DNA of 64,000 nt from assembly GCA_963725825.1 (NCBI GenBank), contig CAVSAI010000029.1, positions 54,185 to 118,184 on the forward strand, given 5' to 3'. This stretch comes from Candidatus Aminicenantes bacterium (GTDB lineage Bacteria; Acidobacteriota; Aminicenantia; Aminicenantales; Saccharicenantaceae). The notes beneath the pieces were generated by a model. The model was not told the origin of the DNA, did not search any database, and saw only the letters and a program-made list of their open reading frames with translations. The position numbers and the translations under genes are program-made. Shown one piece after another: positions 9,273-18,897 of the stretch (positions are counted from its first letter, which is position 1; every line of letters starts with the position of its first letter).

Positions 9273-10304
9273 ATGACCATCCGCGAAGAGCTGGAAGAGA
9301 CCGAGAAGAAGTTCCTCTCCCCGAAGGCCTGCCTCAGCGCCCGGTCCAAAGGCCGCGCCCGCCCCGAAGCGCAGCACGTCCTCCGGACGGATTTCCAGCG
9401 CGACCGCGACCGGATCATCCACTCGAAGTCGTTCCGCCGCCTCAAGCACAAGACGCAGGTCTTCCTCTCGCCGTTCGGGGACCATTACCGGACGCGGCTG
9501 ACGCACTGTCTCGAGGTGTCCCAGATCGCCCGAACGATCGCCAAGGCCCTCCGTCTCAACGAGGACCTGACCGAGGCCATCGCCCTGGGTCACGATCTCG
9601 GCCATACTCCCTTTGGCCACTCCGGGGAGCAGACCCTGGCCAAGCTCCTGCCGCACGGCTTTCACCACGCCGATCAGAGCCTGCGCGTCGTCGAAAAGCT
9701 CGAGTACGAAGGCAAGGGGCTCAACCTGACCTTCGAAGTGCGGGACGGGATCCAGAGACACTCCAAGGGCCGGGGCGAGATCTTCGACGAGGACGTCGAG
9801 GACATGCCCTCGACCCTCGAAGGCCAGATCGTCCGCGTCTCCGACGTCATCGCCTATGTCAATCACGACATCGACGACGCCTTGCGCGCCGGGATCATCA
9901 AGGACGAAGATATCCCCGCGGGCCTGGTCAAGGTCCTGGGCAAGTGGAACGCGACGCGGATCGACCGGATGGTCATGGACGTCGTCGAGGCCAGCCTGGC
10001 GACGGAGCTCGAGCGGATCGCCATGAGCGACAGGATCATGAGGGCCGTGGTCGAGCTGCGGGAGTTCCTCTATCAAAACGTCTACTTCAACTCCACGGCC
10101 CGCGACGAGCTTCGCAAAACCGAGAAGATCATCGACGACCTGTTCGCCTATATCATGGAGCGTCCTCAGGATTATGTCCGGCCGTATCCCGCAGGCGACC
10201 CCGTCATCGTCCGGGTAGGGGACTTCATCGCCGGGATGACCGACCGCTACGCCATGTCCCTTTACGAGCAGATCTTCCTGCCCAAGGCCTGGCCGATCCT
10301 GTAA
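9273..10304 (+). CDS. dgt: dGTPase-like deoxyguanosinetriphosphate triphosphohydrolase (HD domain)
   Basis: [27 protein letters not shown]...[10 protein letters not shown]...[11 protein letters not shown], an HD phosphohydrolase signature. Confidence 0.85.
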   Translation: MTIREELEETEKKFLSPKACLSARSKGRARPEAQHVLRTDFQRDRDRIIHSKSFRRLKHKTQVFLSPFGDHYRTRLTHCLEVSQIARTIAKALRLNEDLTEAIALGHDLGHTPFGHSGEQTLAKLLPHGFHHADQSLRVVEKLEYEGKGLNLTFEVRDGIQRHSKGRGEIFDEDVEDMPSTLEGQIVRVSDVIAYVNHDIDDALRAGIIKDEDIPAGLVKVLGKWNATRIDRMVMDVVEASLATELERIAMSDRIMRAVVELREFLYQNVYFNSTARDELRKTEKIIDDLFAYIMERPQDYVRPYPAGDPVIVRVGDFIAGMTDRYAMSLYEQIFLPKAWPIL

Positions 10305-10420
10305 GAGCTCGGCGACAGCCGCTGATCGGCGGCGCCTGTCCCGGCTTTGCCCGTCCCCCGTTTCATGCTATCATGCCCCCTTCGACGAGCATTCGCACGA
10401 TCGCCAAGGAGGACCAGCCC

Positions 10421-12250
10421 ATGCCCAGAATCGAAGACCTCCGCAAGATCGCCACCCGCCTCCGGATCCACTGCCTGCGGATGACCACGGCCGCCGGCTC
10501 GGGACACCCGACCTCCTGCCTGTCCGCGGCCGATCTTGCCTCCTGCCTGTTCTTTTCGGAGATGCGCTGGGACACCAAAGACCCGCACGACCCGGCCAAT
10601 GACGAGTTCGTGCTGTCCAAGGGCCATGCCGCGCCCCTCCTCTGGGCCGCCTACGCCGAGGCCGGGATCATTCCGCTCGGAAGCCTGCTCGACCTCAGGA
10701 AGATCACGAGCGACCTCGAAGGCCACCCGACCCCGCGGATGCCCTGGGTCAAGGCCGCGACAGGCTCGCTCGGCCAAGGCCTTTCGGTCGGAGCCGGGAT
10801 GGCCATCGCCCAGAGGCTCGACAAGTCCCCGGGCCGGACCTTCGTGCTCATGGGCGACGGAGAATGCGCCGAAGGCCAGGTCTGGGAAGCGGCCGCCGAT
10901 GCCGGCTTGTGGAAGCTTCGTAACCTCATCGCCGTGGTGGACGTCAACCGGCTCGGCCAATCGGGGCCGACCATGCATCAGCACCACCTGTCCGCTCTGG
11001 CCCGCAAGTTCCGGGCCTTCGGCTGGGAGGCCATCATCGTCGACGGCCACAAGATCGACAAGATCCTGGCGGCGCTCAAGCGAGCCGGTAAAAAGGGCCA
11101 GCCCACGGTCATCCTGGCCCGGACCATCAAGGGGAAAGGCGTGAGCTTCGTCGAGGACAAGAACGGCTGGCACGGCAGGCCTCTGAAGGCCGACGAGCTG
11201 GCCCGCGCCCTCGAGGAGATCGGCTGTCTTCCCAATATCGACTCGCGCCGGTTCATCCATAAGCCCAAGCCCTTCAAGAAAAGGGCCGTGGCCGCTTCGA
11301 CCGAGTTCCCGCCGACCGCGTACACGGAGAAGACGGCCACTCGCTTGGCCTACGGCAACGCCCTGCTCAAGCTCGGCAAGGTCGACCCTCTGGTCCTGGC
11401 CATCGACGGGGACGTCAAGAACTCGACCTACGCCGACAAGTTCTTCGAATCGTTCCCCGGCCGGTCCTTCGAGGCGTTCATCGACGAACAGAACATGATA
11501 AGCCTGGGCGTCGGGCTGGCGGCCAAGGGCTACGTCCCCTTCATCGCCACGTTCGCGGCCTTCCTGTCCCGGGCCCACGACCAGATCCGCATGGCCGCCT
11601 ACTCGTTCTCGAACATCAAGGTCTGCGGCTCGCATGTCGGGGTCAGCATCGGCGAGGACGGCCCGTCCCAGATGGGCCTCGAGGACCTGGCCATCTTCCG
11701 GCCGATCCCCGGGTGCGTCGTGCTCTACCCGAGCGACGCCGTGAGTTCGGAAGCCTGCGTCGCCGCGGCCGCCGCCCACAAAGGGATGTGCTACATCCGG
11801 ACGTCACGCCCGGCGACGGCTATTCTCTACGGTCCGGGCGAGACTTTCCCCATCGGGGGCTCGAAGGTCCTGCGGAAGACCGAGGGGGACGCGGTCACGG
11901 TCATCGCCGCCGGGATCACCGTCCACGAGGCGCTCAAGGCCTTCGAGGCGCTCCGCAAGGAAGGCATCGGCCTGCGCGTCATCGACGCCTATTCGGTCGC
12001 GCCCCTTGACAGCGAGGCGATCCTTCGCGAGGTCGCCGAAACGGGAGGCCGCGCCGTCGTCGTCGAGGACCATTACGCCGCCGGAGGGCTGGGCGAAGCC
12101 GTCGCCTCCGTCCTGACCGGGCGGGCCGCGCTCAGGCACCTCTGCATCCGCGAGCTGCCGCGGTCCGGGAAGCCGGACGAGCTCATGGAGCGGTTCGGCA
12201 TCAGCGCCTCGCACATCGCCCGCGCGGCCAGGGAGCTCCTCGGCCGTTGA
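10421..12250 (+). CDS. tkt: Transketolase (single-chain, about 610 aa)
   Basis: Start MPRIEDLRKIA with RBS aaggagga. GSGHPTS, GDGECAEG (TPP-binding) and the C-terminal transketolase domain. The long in-frame upstream extension in the ORF track is not used. Confidence 0.85.
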   Translation: MPRIEDLRKIATRLRIHCLRMTTAAGSGHPTSCLSAADLASCLFFSEMRWDTKDPHDPANDEFVLSKGHAAPLLWAAYAEAGIIPLGSLLDLRKITSDLEGHPTPRMPWVKAATGSLGQGLSVGAGMAIAQRLDKSPGRTFVLMGDGECAEGQVWEAAADAGLWKLRNLIAVVDVNRLGQSGPTMHQHHLSALARKFRAFGWEAIIVDGHKIDKILAALKRAGKKGQPTVILARTIKGKGVSFVEDKNGWHGRPLKADELARALEEIGCLPNIDSRRFIHKPKPFKKRAVAASTEFPPTAYTEKTATRLAYGNALLKLGKVDPLVLAIDGDVKNSTYADKFFESFPGRSFEAFIDEQNMISLGVGLAAKGYVPFIATFAAFLSRAHDQIRMAAYSFSNIKVCGSHVGVSIGEDGPSQMGLEDLAIFRPIPGCVVLYPSDAVSSEACVAAAAAHKGMCYIRTSRPATAILYGPGETFPIGGSKVLRKTEGDAVTVIAAGITVHEALKAFEALRKEGIGLRVIDAYSVAPLDSEAILREVAETGGRAVVVEDHYAAGGLGEAVASVLTGRAALRHLCIRELPRSGKPDELMERFGISASHIARAARELLGR

Positions 12251-13038
12251 GAGTCCGCCCCATCGTCCCCGCCGCGCTTGCGGCCGCCGTTCTCTTCGCC
12301 GCCGTCGCAGTCCTTCGACCCCTGACCGCCGCGCCGGCGCCCGGCCGGGAAACGCTCCAGGCCACGGTGACCACGGTCTATGACGGCGATACCGTCAAGG
12401 TCCGCATCGCGGGCCGGGCCGACGAACGGGTCCGCCTCATCGGCGTCGACAGTCCCGAGCTCGACGACGCCCGGGAAAACGTCAGGCTCATGGCCTTCCT
12501 GGCCAAGCGGTTCGCCTTCCAGCGCCTCTACCAGACCCGGGTGGAGCTTCTTCCCGGGCCCGAGGAGAGGGATTCGTACGGCCGGCTGCTCGCGTTCGTC
12601 CGGACGGCGGACGGCGGCATCTTCAATGTGACGCTCGTCCGCGAGGGCTACGCCACGGCCTTCCTCAAGTTCCCGTTCGACGACAAGCTGAGGACGGAGC
12701 TCAAGGCGGCCGAGACCGAGGCCCGCCAGGCCGGCCGGGGCCTTTGGGGCCGGGAGCCGTATCCGGTGATCCAGGCGGAGGAAGCGGGGCGCCACGTCGG
12801 GGAGGTCCTGACCGTGCGCTTTCGCTGCCTGCGGTCGTACAAGCGCGGCGGCTTTCGTCTCGTCGAAGCCGACGGCGCGGCCTTCGACGCGGCCATCCCC
12901 CTCGACGTTTTCCGGTCGCTTCCCGGGCCTCTCGATTTCGAGCGCGGCACGGTCGAGGCGACCGGGTTCGTCGAGCTCTACAAGGGCCGCCCGCAGATCA
13001 TGATCGGCGTCCCCGTCCAGCTCAAGCGCATCGATTGA
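12247..13038 (+). CDS. Secreted thermonuclease-family (SNase-like) nuclease
   Basis: Signal peptide. YDGDTVKV...RLIGVDSPE, a staphylococcal-nuclease-like motif. Start inferred as TTG overlapping the tkt stop. Confidence 0.65.
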   Translation: MRVRPIVPAALAAAVLFAAVAVLRPLTAAPAPGRETLQATVTTVYDGDTVKVRIAGRADERVRLIGVDSPELDDARENVRLMAFLAKRFAFQRLYQTRVELLPGPEERDSYGRLLAFVRTADGGIFNVTLVREGYATAFLKFPFDDKLRTELKAAETEARQAGRGLWGREPYPVIQAEEAGRHVGEVLTVRFRCLRSYKRGGFRLVEADGAAFDAAIPLDVFRSLPGPLDFERGTVEATGFVELYKGRPQIMIGVPVQLKRID

Positions 13039-13049
13039 AAGGAATCCCC

Positions 13050-14468
13050 ATGCCCTCGATGATCACGCCGCTCCTGCGGGCCGAGATCGAGACGGCCGTC
13101 GGCGCCGCGAACGCGTTTTCCGGCCCGGACAGGACCTTCGATTACGGACACGACGAATTTTCGATGAAGGAGATCGCCCATGAGCCGGACCTCGTCGTCC
13201 GGCCGGGGACGACCGCCGAGGTGGCGGCCGTGCTCAGGATCGCCAACGCGCACGGCATCCCGGTCACCCCGAGGGGCGGAGCGACCGGCCTCTGCGGCGG
13301 GTGCGTCCCGGTCCGCGGCGGCATCGTTCTCTCGCTCGAGCGGATGGACCGCGTCCTCGAGGTCGACGCCGACAATCAGATGGCCGTGACCGAGGCCGGC
13401 GTCCGGCTGTCCGGGTTCGCCAAGGCGGTCGAGGACGGGGGACTCTATTTCCCGCCGCACCCCGGTGACGAGAGCGCCATGATGGGCGGCCTCGTCGCCA
13501 CGAACGCGGGGGGCAGCCGGGCCGTCAAATACGGCACCATCCGCAATTATGTCCGCGGCCTGGAGCTGGTCACGGCCGCCGGTGACGTCCTGCGGCTGGG
13601 CGGCAAGCTCGAGAAATCGAGCACCGGGTACAATCTCATGCACCTCGTCGTCGGCTCGGAGGGCACGCTCGGCGTCGTCACTCAGGTCATCCTCCATCTC
13701 ATGGCCAGGCCGGGGATCATGCGCTCGCTCGTCGTGCCGTTCGAAGAGCTCGAGCCGGCCCTCGAGACGGTGCCGCTCATCATGAAGCGGGGCATCGTCC
13801 CGCTCGCCGTCGAGTTCCTCGAGGTCGAGCCCATCGCTCTGACCGAGGAGCACATCCGCAAGAAATGGCCGACCAAGCTGGGGAAGACGCACCTCCTGAT
13901 CATCCTCGACGCTCCATCCGACGAGGAGATGGACCGCCTGTCACAGGCCGTGGCCGAGGTCTGCGTCGAGAAGGGCGCGATCGACGTCTTCATCGCCGAT
14001 ACGCCGAGCAAGCAGGACGAGGTCCTGGCCATCCGCTCCAAGATCTATGACGCCATCAAGGCCGGGACGGTCGAGATCCTGGACATCGCCGTGCCTCGCG
14101 CGGAGGTGGCCGGCCACGTCCACAAGGTCCGTGAGGTCGCGGACAAGTACGGCATCTGGCTGCCGACCTTCGGCCACGCCGCGGACGGCAACGTCCACAC
14201 GCACATCATGAAAGCCCGCTACGAAAACGGGGCTATGGTGCCCGTGCCGGAGAGCGAATGGCGCCCGAAAGCCGACCCGGTCCGCGAGGAGCTCTTCCGC
14301 GACTGCAAGGCCCGCGGCGGGGTCATCTCCGGCGAGCACGGCATCGGCCTGGTCAAGAAACCCTATCTTTCGCTCGTCCTGGGCGAGCGCCAGATCGAGA
14401 TCATGCGCGGCATCAAGCGCGTCTTCGACCCCAACGGGATCATGAACCCCGGAAAAATATTCGACTGA
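13050..14468 (+). CDS. FAD-binding oxidoreductase (GlcD / D-lactate dehydrogenase family)
   Basis: Start MPSMITPLL. FAD-binding PCMH domain (GIPVTPRGGATGLCGG) and the C-terminal FAD-oxidase domain ending GEHGIGL...NPGKIF. Confidence 0.8.
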   Translation: MPSMITPLLRAEIETAVGAANAFSGPDRTFDYGHDEFSMKEIAHEPDLVVRPGTTAEVAAVLRIANAHGIPVTPRGGATGLCGGCVPVRGGIVLSLERMDRVLEVDADNQMAVTEAGVRLSGFAKAVEDGGLYFPPHPGDESAMMGGLVATNAGGSRAVKYGTIRNYVRGLELVTAAGDVLRLGGKLEKSSTGYNLMHLVVGSEGTLGVVTQVILHLMARPGIMRSLVVPFEELEPALETVPLIMKRGIVPLAVEFLEVEPIALTEEHIRKKWPTKLGKTHLLIILDAPSDEEMDRLSQAVAEVCVEKGAIDVFIADTPSKQDEVLAIRSKIYDAIKAGTVEILDIAVPRAEVAGHVHKVREVADKYGIWLPTFGHAADGNVHTHIMKARYENGAMVPVPESEWRPKADPVREELFRDCKARGGVISGEHGIGLVKKPYLSLVLGERQIEIMRGIKRVFDPNGIMNPGKIFD

Positions 14469-14517
14469 CGATTCCTCAGATCCAGGGTTTGCATTCTTGA
14501 TCGGCACGGAAGCCACC

Positions 14518-14745
14518 CCGCGCAGGGGTGTTCCTGGAGGAGCGGCGGAAAGCGGAGTCTTCGGAGCGACCCGTCAGAATCGAGGCTGAGCACTCGAAGC
14601 CACGATTCTGATAAATATCTTGAAAGAGGGGTCTTTTCGGATATTTCCCAGCACCGCTCCTCCGAGTCACTCCGGAGCGGTGCTGATGGTCGCTGCCAAG
14701 AGTCCGCTCCCTGCCGGCAGCAGGGTGGCTTTCTGCCGGTCGCAG
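14518..14745 (+). repeat. Copy 1 of a structured non-coding repeat element (three hairpins: 14575-14610, 14649-14685, 14714-14739)
   Basis: Alignable with 22613-22850 (shared blocks cgcaggg..gtgtt, cagaa..ttctg hairpin, taaatatc, cagc.ccgc..gcgg.gctg hairpin, tgatg.tcgct.c.aaga.tccgctccctgccgg). Substitutions between the copies preserve base pairing. Confidence 0.6.
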
Positions 14746-14822
14746 ACAGATTTGCTAGGCTGGGGCAATCGTGCTATGAATAGAGCATCGGGGGCGGTGA
14801 AATCCTGATCCGACAGGAGGAT

Positions 14823-15212
14823 ATGCTTATGGTCGAACGGATCACCGAGATCTACGTCATCCTGGAGAACAAGCCGTCGCAGCTGGGAGACCTCTGCAGC
14901 TTCCTGGCTGAGAACGAGATCAACGTTGACGCCATCGGCGTTTTCCACGACACGGCCAAGCTCGTCGTCCAGCAGCTCAACAAGGCGGTCAAGCTCCTGG
15001 CCAAGCTGAACTATACGACCGAGCTTCGCGACGTCCTCAGGGTCGACCTCGAGAACAGGCCAGGGGCCCTGGCTGAGCTCACGACCAAGCTCGGGGACGA
15101 GGGCATCAACATCGAATACTGCTACGGCACCCTGTCCCGGAAGGGAAACGGCGTAGCGCTTGTCCTGGACGTCTCGAATATCGACAAGGCTTGTCAGATC
15201 CTCGGGGTCTAG
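14823..15212 (+). CDS. ACT-domain-containing small protein
   Basis: 129 aa, two ACT-like segments. Strong RBS aggagg 7 nt upstream of the ATG. Confidence 0.65.
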   Translation: MLMVERITEIYVILENKPSQLGDLCSFLAENEINVDAIGVFHDTAKLVVQQLNKAVKLLAKLNYTTELRDVLRVDLENRPGALAELTTKLGDEGINIEYCYGTLSRKGNGVALVLDVSNIDKACQILGV

Positions 15213-15272
15213 GCCACGTCCGATCTCGCCTCCGGTCTTTACCGGTCTCCCTCTATGGGCTAAACTTGGGTC

Positions 15273-16499
15273 ATGCGGGACAAATCTGACCTGGCCGTCG
15301 TGGGCGCGGGCGCCGCGGGACTTGTGGCGGCGATCAGCGCGGCCCGTCGCGGCGCGTCGGTCACGGTCCTCGAGCGCCTGCCCTGGATCGGCAAGAAGCT
15401 CCTGGCGACAGGCGGGGGCCGGTGCAACCTCCTGAACGAGCGCCTGGCCGCCGCGGCGTTCACCGCGACTGACCCGAGCCTCGTCCCTTCGATCCTCGAG
15501 CGGTTCGGCGGCCCGGAGATCCGGGCTTTTTTCGAAGGTCTGGGCCTCCGCCTCCAGACCGACGAGACCGGCCGCGTCTACCCCGCGACGAACCAGGCCG
15601 CGTCCGTGCTCAAGGTCCTGGAGCTCGAGACGGCCAGGCTCGGGATCGACATCGCAACCCGGTTCGACGTGGAAAGGATCGGGTCCGCGGCCGGGAGCTT
15701 TAGGATCGGGGCCGCGGACGGCCGCAACGTCGAGGCGCGCGCCGTCGTCCTGGCGGGCGGCGGGAGATCCTTCCCGGCCCTCGGTTCAAACGGTTCGGGC
15801 CACGATCTTGCGGCCTCGTTCGGCCATCGCATCGTCAAGCCGGTCCCCAGCGGCGTTCCGCTCCTGGCCAAGGTCCGCATGTGCCATTTCCTTCAAGGCC
15901 AGCGGATGCGTGTCCGGATCGAGGCCCGGGTCGGAGGCCGCCGCACGCAGGAGGCCGAGGGGGAGCTTCTTTTCGCCCAATACGGGCTCTCGGGAACGGC
16001 CGCGCTCGACGTGAGCGAGGGTCTGTCGATAGCGTTGAACCGTGAAGGTCGCGTCGATACGACAGTCGTCGTCGATTTTCTTCCTTTCATGTCCGAGGAG
16101 GATGTCGCCGCGGAATTGACGCGCCGGCTGGCGGCCGGCTGGGCGCCCAAGGACCTCGTATCGGGGTTGCTGCCCGAGAAGTTCTGCTTGTTCCTGCCGC
16201 AGCTTCTCGGCGAGCTCGGCGATCGGCCCGGAGAGCGGGTCGACGCCGGGTCGGCGCGGAGGCTGGCCTCGCTGCTCAAGGCCCGGGAATTCCGGGTCCA
16301 AGGGACCCGGGGCTGGAACGAGGCCGAGTTCACCTCGGGCGGAGTAGACGCCGGGGAAGTGAAGCCCGGGACTCTCGAATCGAAGCTTCGGCGCGGCCTC
16401 TATCTCGCTGGCGAAGTCCTGGACGTCCAGGGCGGACGGGGAGGGTTCAACCTCGCCTGGGCATGGGCATCGGGGTTCGTCGCCGGCCTTGCGGAATAG
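15273..16499 (+). CDS. NAD(P)/FAD-dependent oxidoreductase (HI0933/BaiN-like flavoprotein family)
   Basis: DLAVVGAGAAGLVAA Rossmann motif, ...GKKLLATGGGRCNL..., C-terminal GEV..V.GGRGG.N motif. Confidence 0.8.
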   Translation: MRDKSDLAVVGAGAAGLVAAISAARRGASVTVLERLPWIGKKLLATGGGRCNLLNERLAAAAFTATDPSLVPSILERFGGPEIRAFFEGLGLRLQTDETGRVYPATNQAASVLKVLELETARLGIDIATRFDVERIGSAAGSFRIGAADGRNVEARAVVLAGGGRSFPALGSNGSGHDLAASFGHRIVKPVPSGVPLLAKVRMCHFLQGQRMRVRIEARVGGRRTQEAEGELLFAQYGLSGTAALDVSEGLSIALNREGRVDTTVVVDFLPFMSEEDVAAELTRRLAAGWAPKDLVSGLLPEKFCLFLPQLLGELGDRPGERVDAGSARRLASLLKAREFRVQGTRGWNEAEFTSGGVDAGEVKPGTLESKLRRGLYLAGEVLDVQGGRGGFNLAWAWASGFVAGLAE

Positions 16500-16537
16500 C
16501 CCGTTATGATCAGGCCGGGGAAAGGCGGGTGCTCGAG

Positions 16538-18892
16538 ATGATCAAAACAAGGAGCGTCGGCCGTCTCTTCCTGGCAGTCCTGGCCCTCACAGCCGCCTGC
16601 ACGCCGCGGGGCTATCAGGACCGGCTGCCCGCCCCGAGGCACGACCTCGTCTTCGACAGGCTCGCTTCGACCTGGGACGAGGGGATCCCGCTCGGGAACG
16701 GCATGATCGGCGCCCTCATTTGGAAGAAGGGCGCTTCGCTCCGGATATCGCTCGATAGGTCCGACCTCTGGGACCTCCGTCCCGTGGCCGAATTCGAGGG
16801 CCCCGAGTTCCGGTTCGACTGGGTCCGCGACCACGTCCTGAAGAACGACTACGACCCGGTCCACAGGATGGGCGACGCGCCCTACGACCGCGATCCGGCC
16901 CCGACCAAGATCCCCGCTGCGGCGCTCGAGTTCGATATTTCCCAGCTGGGCGAAGTGGAACAGGTCCGCCTGTCTCTCGCCGACGCGGTCTGCCAAGTGC
17001 GCTGGAAGAACGGGGCCAGGCTGACGGCCTTTGTCCACGCCACCGAGCCGGTCGGCTGGTTCCAATTCGAGGGCCTGCCCGCCGGGGTGAGGCCGAAGCT
17101 CGTCCCGCCCGCTTATGCCGCCCCCGTGCCCGCTTCCGACGCGGAGAAGAATTCGCTAAACCCGAGATCTCTGGCCAGCCTGGGCTATCCCAAACCCGAG
17201 CTCGAGGGCGACGAGACGTTGATCCGCTACCATCAGGAAGGCTGGGGCGGCATGAGCTACGACGTCGCCGTCGACTGGGGCCTGCCCAATGCCGGCGTTC
17301 TCACCGGGGCCTGGAGCATCGACTCTGTCTATCCCGGGACCGGGGCCGGTCCGGCGGCTTGGGGCCGGGCGACGGGGCTCGCCCCGAATGCGGCGGCCCA
17401 GGCGCTCAAGCGAACGCTCGTCCGGGATCTCGATTCCCATGCGGCTTGGTGGAGGTCTTTCTGGGCCAAGTCGACGATCCGGCTGCCCGATCCCGTCCTC
17501 GAGAAGCAGTGGTATCTCGAGATCTACAAATTCGGGGCCGCCTCGCGCCGCGGCGCGCCGCCGATCACGCTGCAGGCCGTCTGGACGGCCGACGACGGCA
17601 GCCTCCCGCCGTGGAAAGGCGACTACCACAACGACCTGAACACCCAGCTCAGCTATTGGCCCTGCTACAGCGGAAACCGCCTGGAAGAGGGCCTGGCCTT
17701 CCTCGACTGGCTCTGGGCCATCAAGCCGCGCTGCGAAGAATATACCAAGCGGTATTTCGGGGTCGACGGGCTCACCGTCCCGGGGGTGGCAGCGCTCGAC
17801 GGCGCGCCGATGGGCGGCTGGATCCAGTACTCGCTCGGGCCGACCGTTTCTGCCTGGCTGGCCCAGCACTTCTGGCTCCATTGGCGCTACAGCGGCGACC
17901 GGGCCTTCCTCGAGGAGCGGGCCTATCCTTATCTAAAGGGCGTGGCCGTGTTTCTCGACAACATCGCCGAGCGGCGGGCGGACGGCAAAAGAAAGCTGCC
18001 GCTGAGCTCGAGCCCGGAGATCAACGACAACAGGATCGACGCCTGGTTCAAAGAGACGACCAACTTCGATCTGTCCCTCATCCGCTGGCTCTACGGGGCG
18101 GCGGCCGTCATGGCCGACACGCTGGGCCTGGCAGAGGAGTCGTCAAGATGGCGGGCGATCCTCGGCGAGTGGCCCGAGCTGGCCCTGGCCGACGACGATG
18201 GACGTCTCCTCGTCGCCCCCGGCTATCCGCTCAAGGAGTCGCACCGGCATTTCTCCCACCTCATGGCCATCCATCCGCTCGGGCTCGTCGATTGGAGCGG
18301 GGGAGAGGCCGATCGGAGGACGATCCGCGCGTCGCTCGCGGAGCTCGACCGCCTCGGCCCGGACTGGTGGTGCGGCTATTCCTACAGCTGGCTGGGGAAC
18401 ATGGCGGCGAGGGCCATGGACGGCGACAAGGCCGCTCAGGCCCTCAGGACGTTCGCCCAATGCTTTTGTTTGCCCAATAGCTTCCACGCCAACGGCGACC
18501 AGACGAAGAGCGGCAAGTCGAAGATGACCTACCGGCCTTTCACGCTCGAAGGCAATTTCGCCTTCGCCTCCGGCATCCAGGAGATGCTGCTGCAGAGCCA
18601 TACGGACGTCATTCGCGTTTTCCCGGCGGTCCCGGCCGCATGGAGCGAGGTGTCGTTCGATTCCCTCAGGGCCGAAGGCGGTTTCCTCGTTTCGGCTGCG
18701 AAAAAGGCCGGGAAGCTTATCGAGGTCCGGGTCCGTTCAGAAAATGGCGGCCGGCTCCGGCTCGCGAATCCGTTCCCGGACGGGGCGTATAAGATCTCAG
18801 GCGCCGCAGGAGGTGCCGTTCATAACGCCGGGCCTATCATCGAAGCCGATATGCCGGCAGGCGTCGAGATCCGGCTGAAATCACGCCGATAG
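16538..18892 (+). CDS. Glycoside hydrolase family 95-like lipoprotein (alpha-L-fucosidase-like)
   Basis: Lipobox LTAAC. WKGDYHNDLNTQLSYWP and C-terminal EGNFAFASGIQEMLLQSH motifs resemble GH95. Family call made by eye. Confidence 0.55.
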   Translation: MIKTRSVGRLFLAVLALTAACTPRGYQDRLPAPRHDLVFDRLASTWDEGIPLGNGMIGALIWKKGASLRISLDRSDLWDLRPVAEFEGPEFRFDWVRDHVLKNDYDPVHRMGDAPYDRDPAPTKIPAAALEFDISQLGEVEQVRLSLADAVCQVRWKNGARLTAFVHATEPVGWFQFEGLPAGVRPKLVPPAYAAPVPASDAEKNSLNPRSLASLGYPKPELEGDETLIRYHQEGWGGMSYDVAVDWGLPNAGVLTGAWSIDSVYPGTGAGPAAWGRATGLAPNAAAQALKRTLVRDLDSHAAWWRSFWAKSTIRLPDPVLEKQWYLEIYKFGAASRRGAPPITLQAVWTADDGSLPPWKGDYHNDLNTQLSYWPCYSGNRLEEGLAFLDWLWAIKPRCEEYTKRYFGVDGLTVPGVAALDGAPMGGWIQYSLGPTVSAWLAQHFWLHWRYSGDRAFLEERAYPYLKGVAVFLDNIAERRADGKRKLPLSSSPEINDNRIDAWFKETTNFDLSLIRWLYGAAAVMADTLGLAEESSRWRAILGEWPELALADDDGRLLVAPGYPLKESHRHFSHLMAIHPLGLVDWSGGEADRRTIRASLAELDRLGPDWWCGYSYSWLGNMAARAMDGDKAAQALRTFAQCFCLPNSFHANGDQTKSGKSKMTYRPFTLEGNFAFASGIQEMLLQSHTDVIRVFPAVPAAWSEVSFDSLRAEGGFLVSAAKKAGKLIEVRVRSENGGRLRLANPFPDGAYKISGAAGGAVHNAGPIIEADMPAGVEIRLKSRR

Positions 18893-18897
18893 CCGCG

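Noticed and set aside
14620-14808. Small ORFs 14620..14808 and 22574..22876, whose peptides share a conserved segment (..LM.A.K.PLPAG)
   Set aside because: The nucleotide alignment shows mostly non-synonymous changes that instead preserve hairpin base pairing. These are interpreted as a structured RNA/DNA element, not a peptide gene.
14469-14822. CRISPR array or tandem repeat in the long intergenic regions (14469-14822, 22341-22906, 28327-28559)
   Set aside because: No regularly spaced short direct repeats are present. The similarity is a single dispersed two-copy element, not an array.
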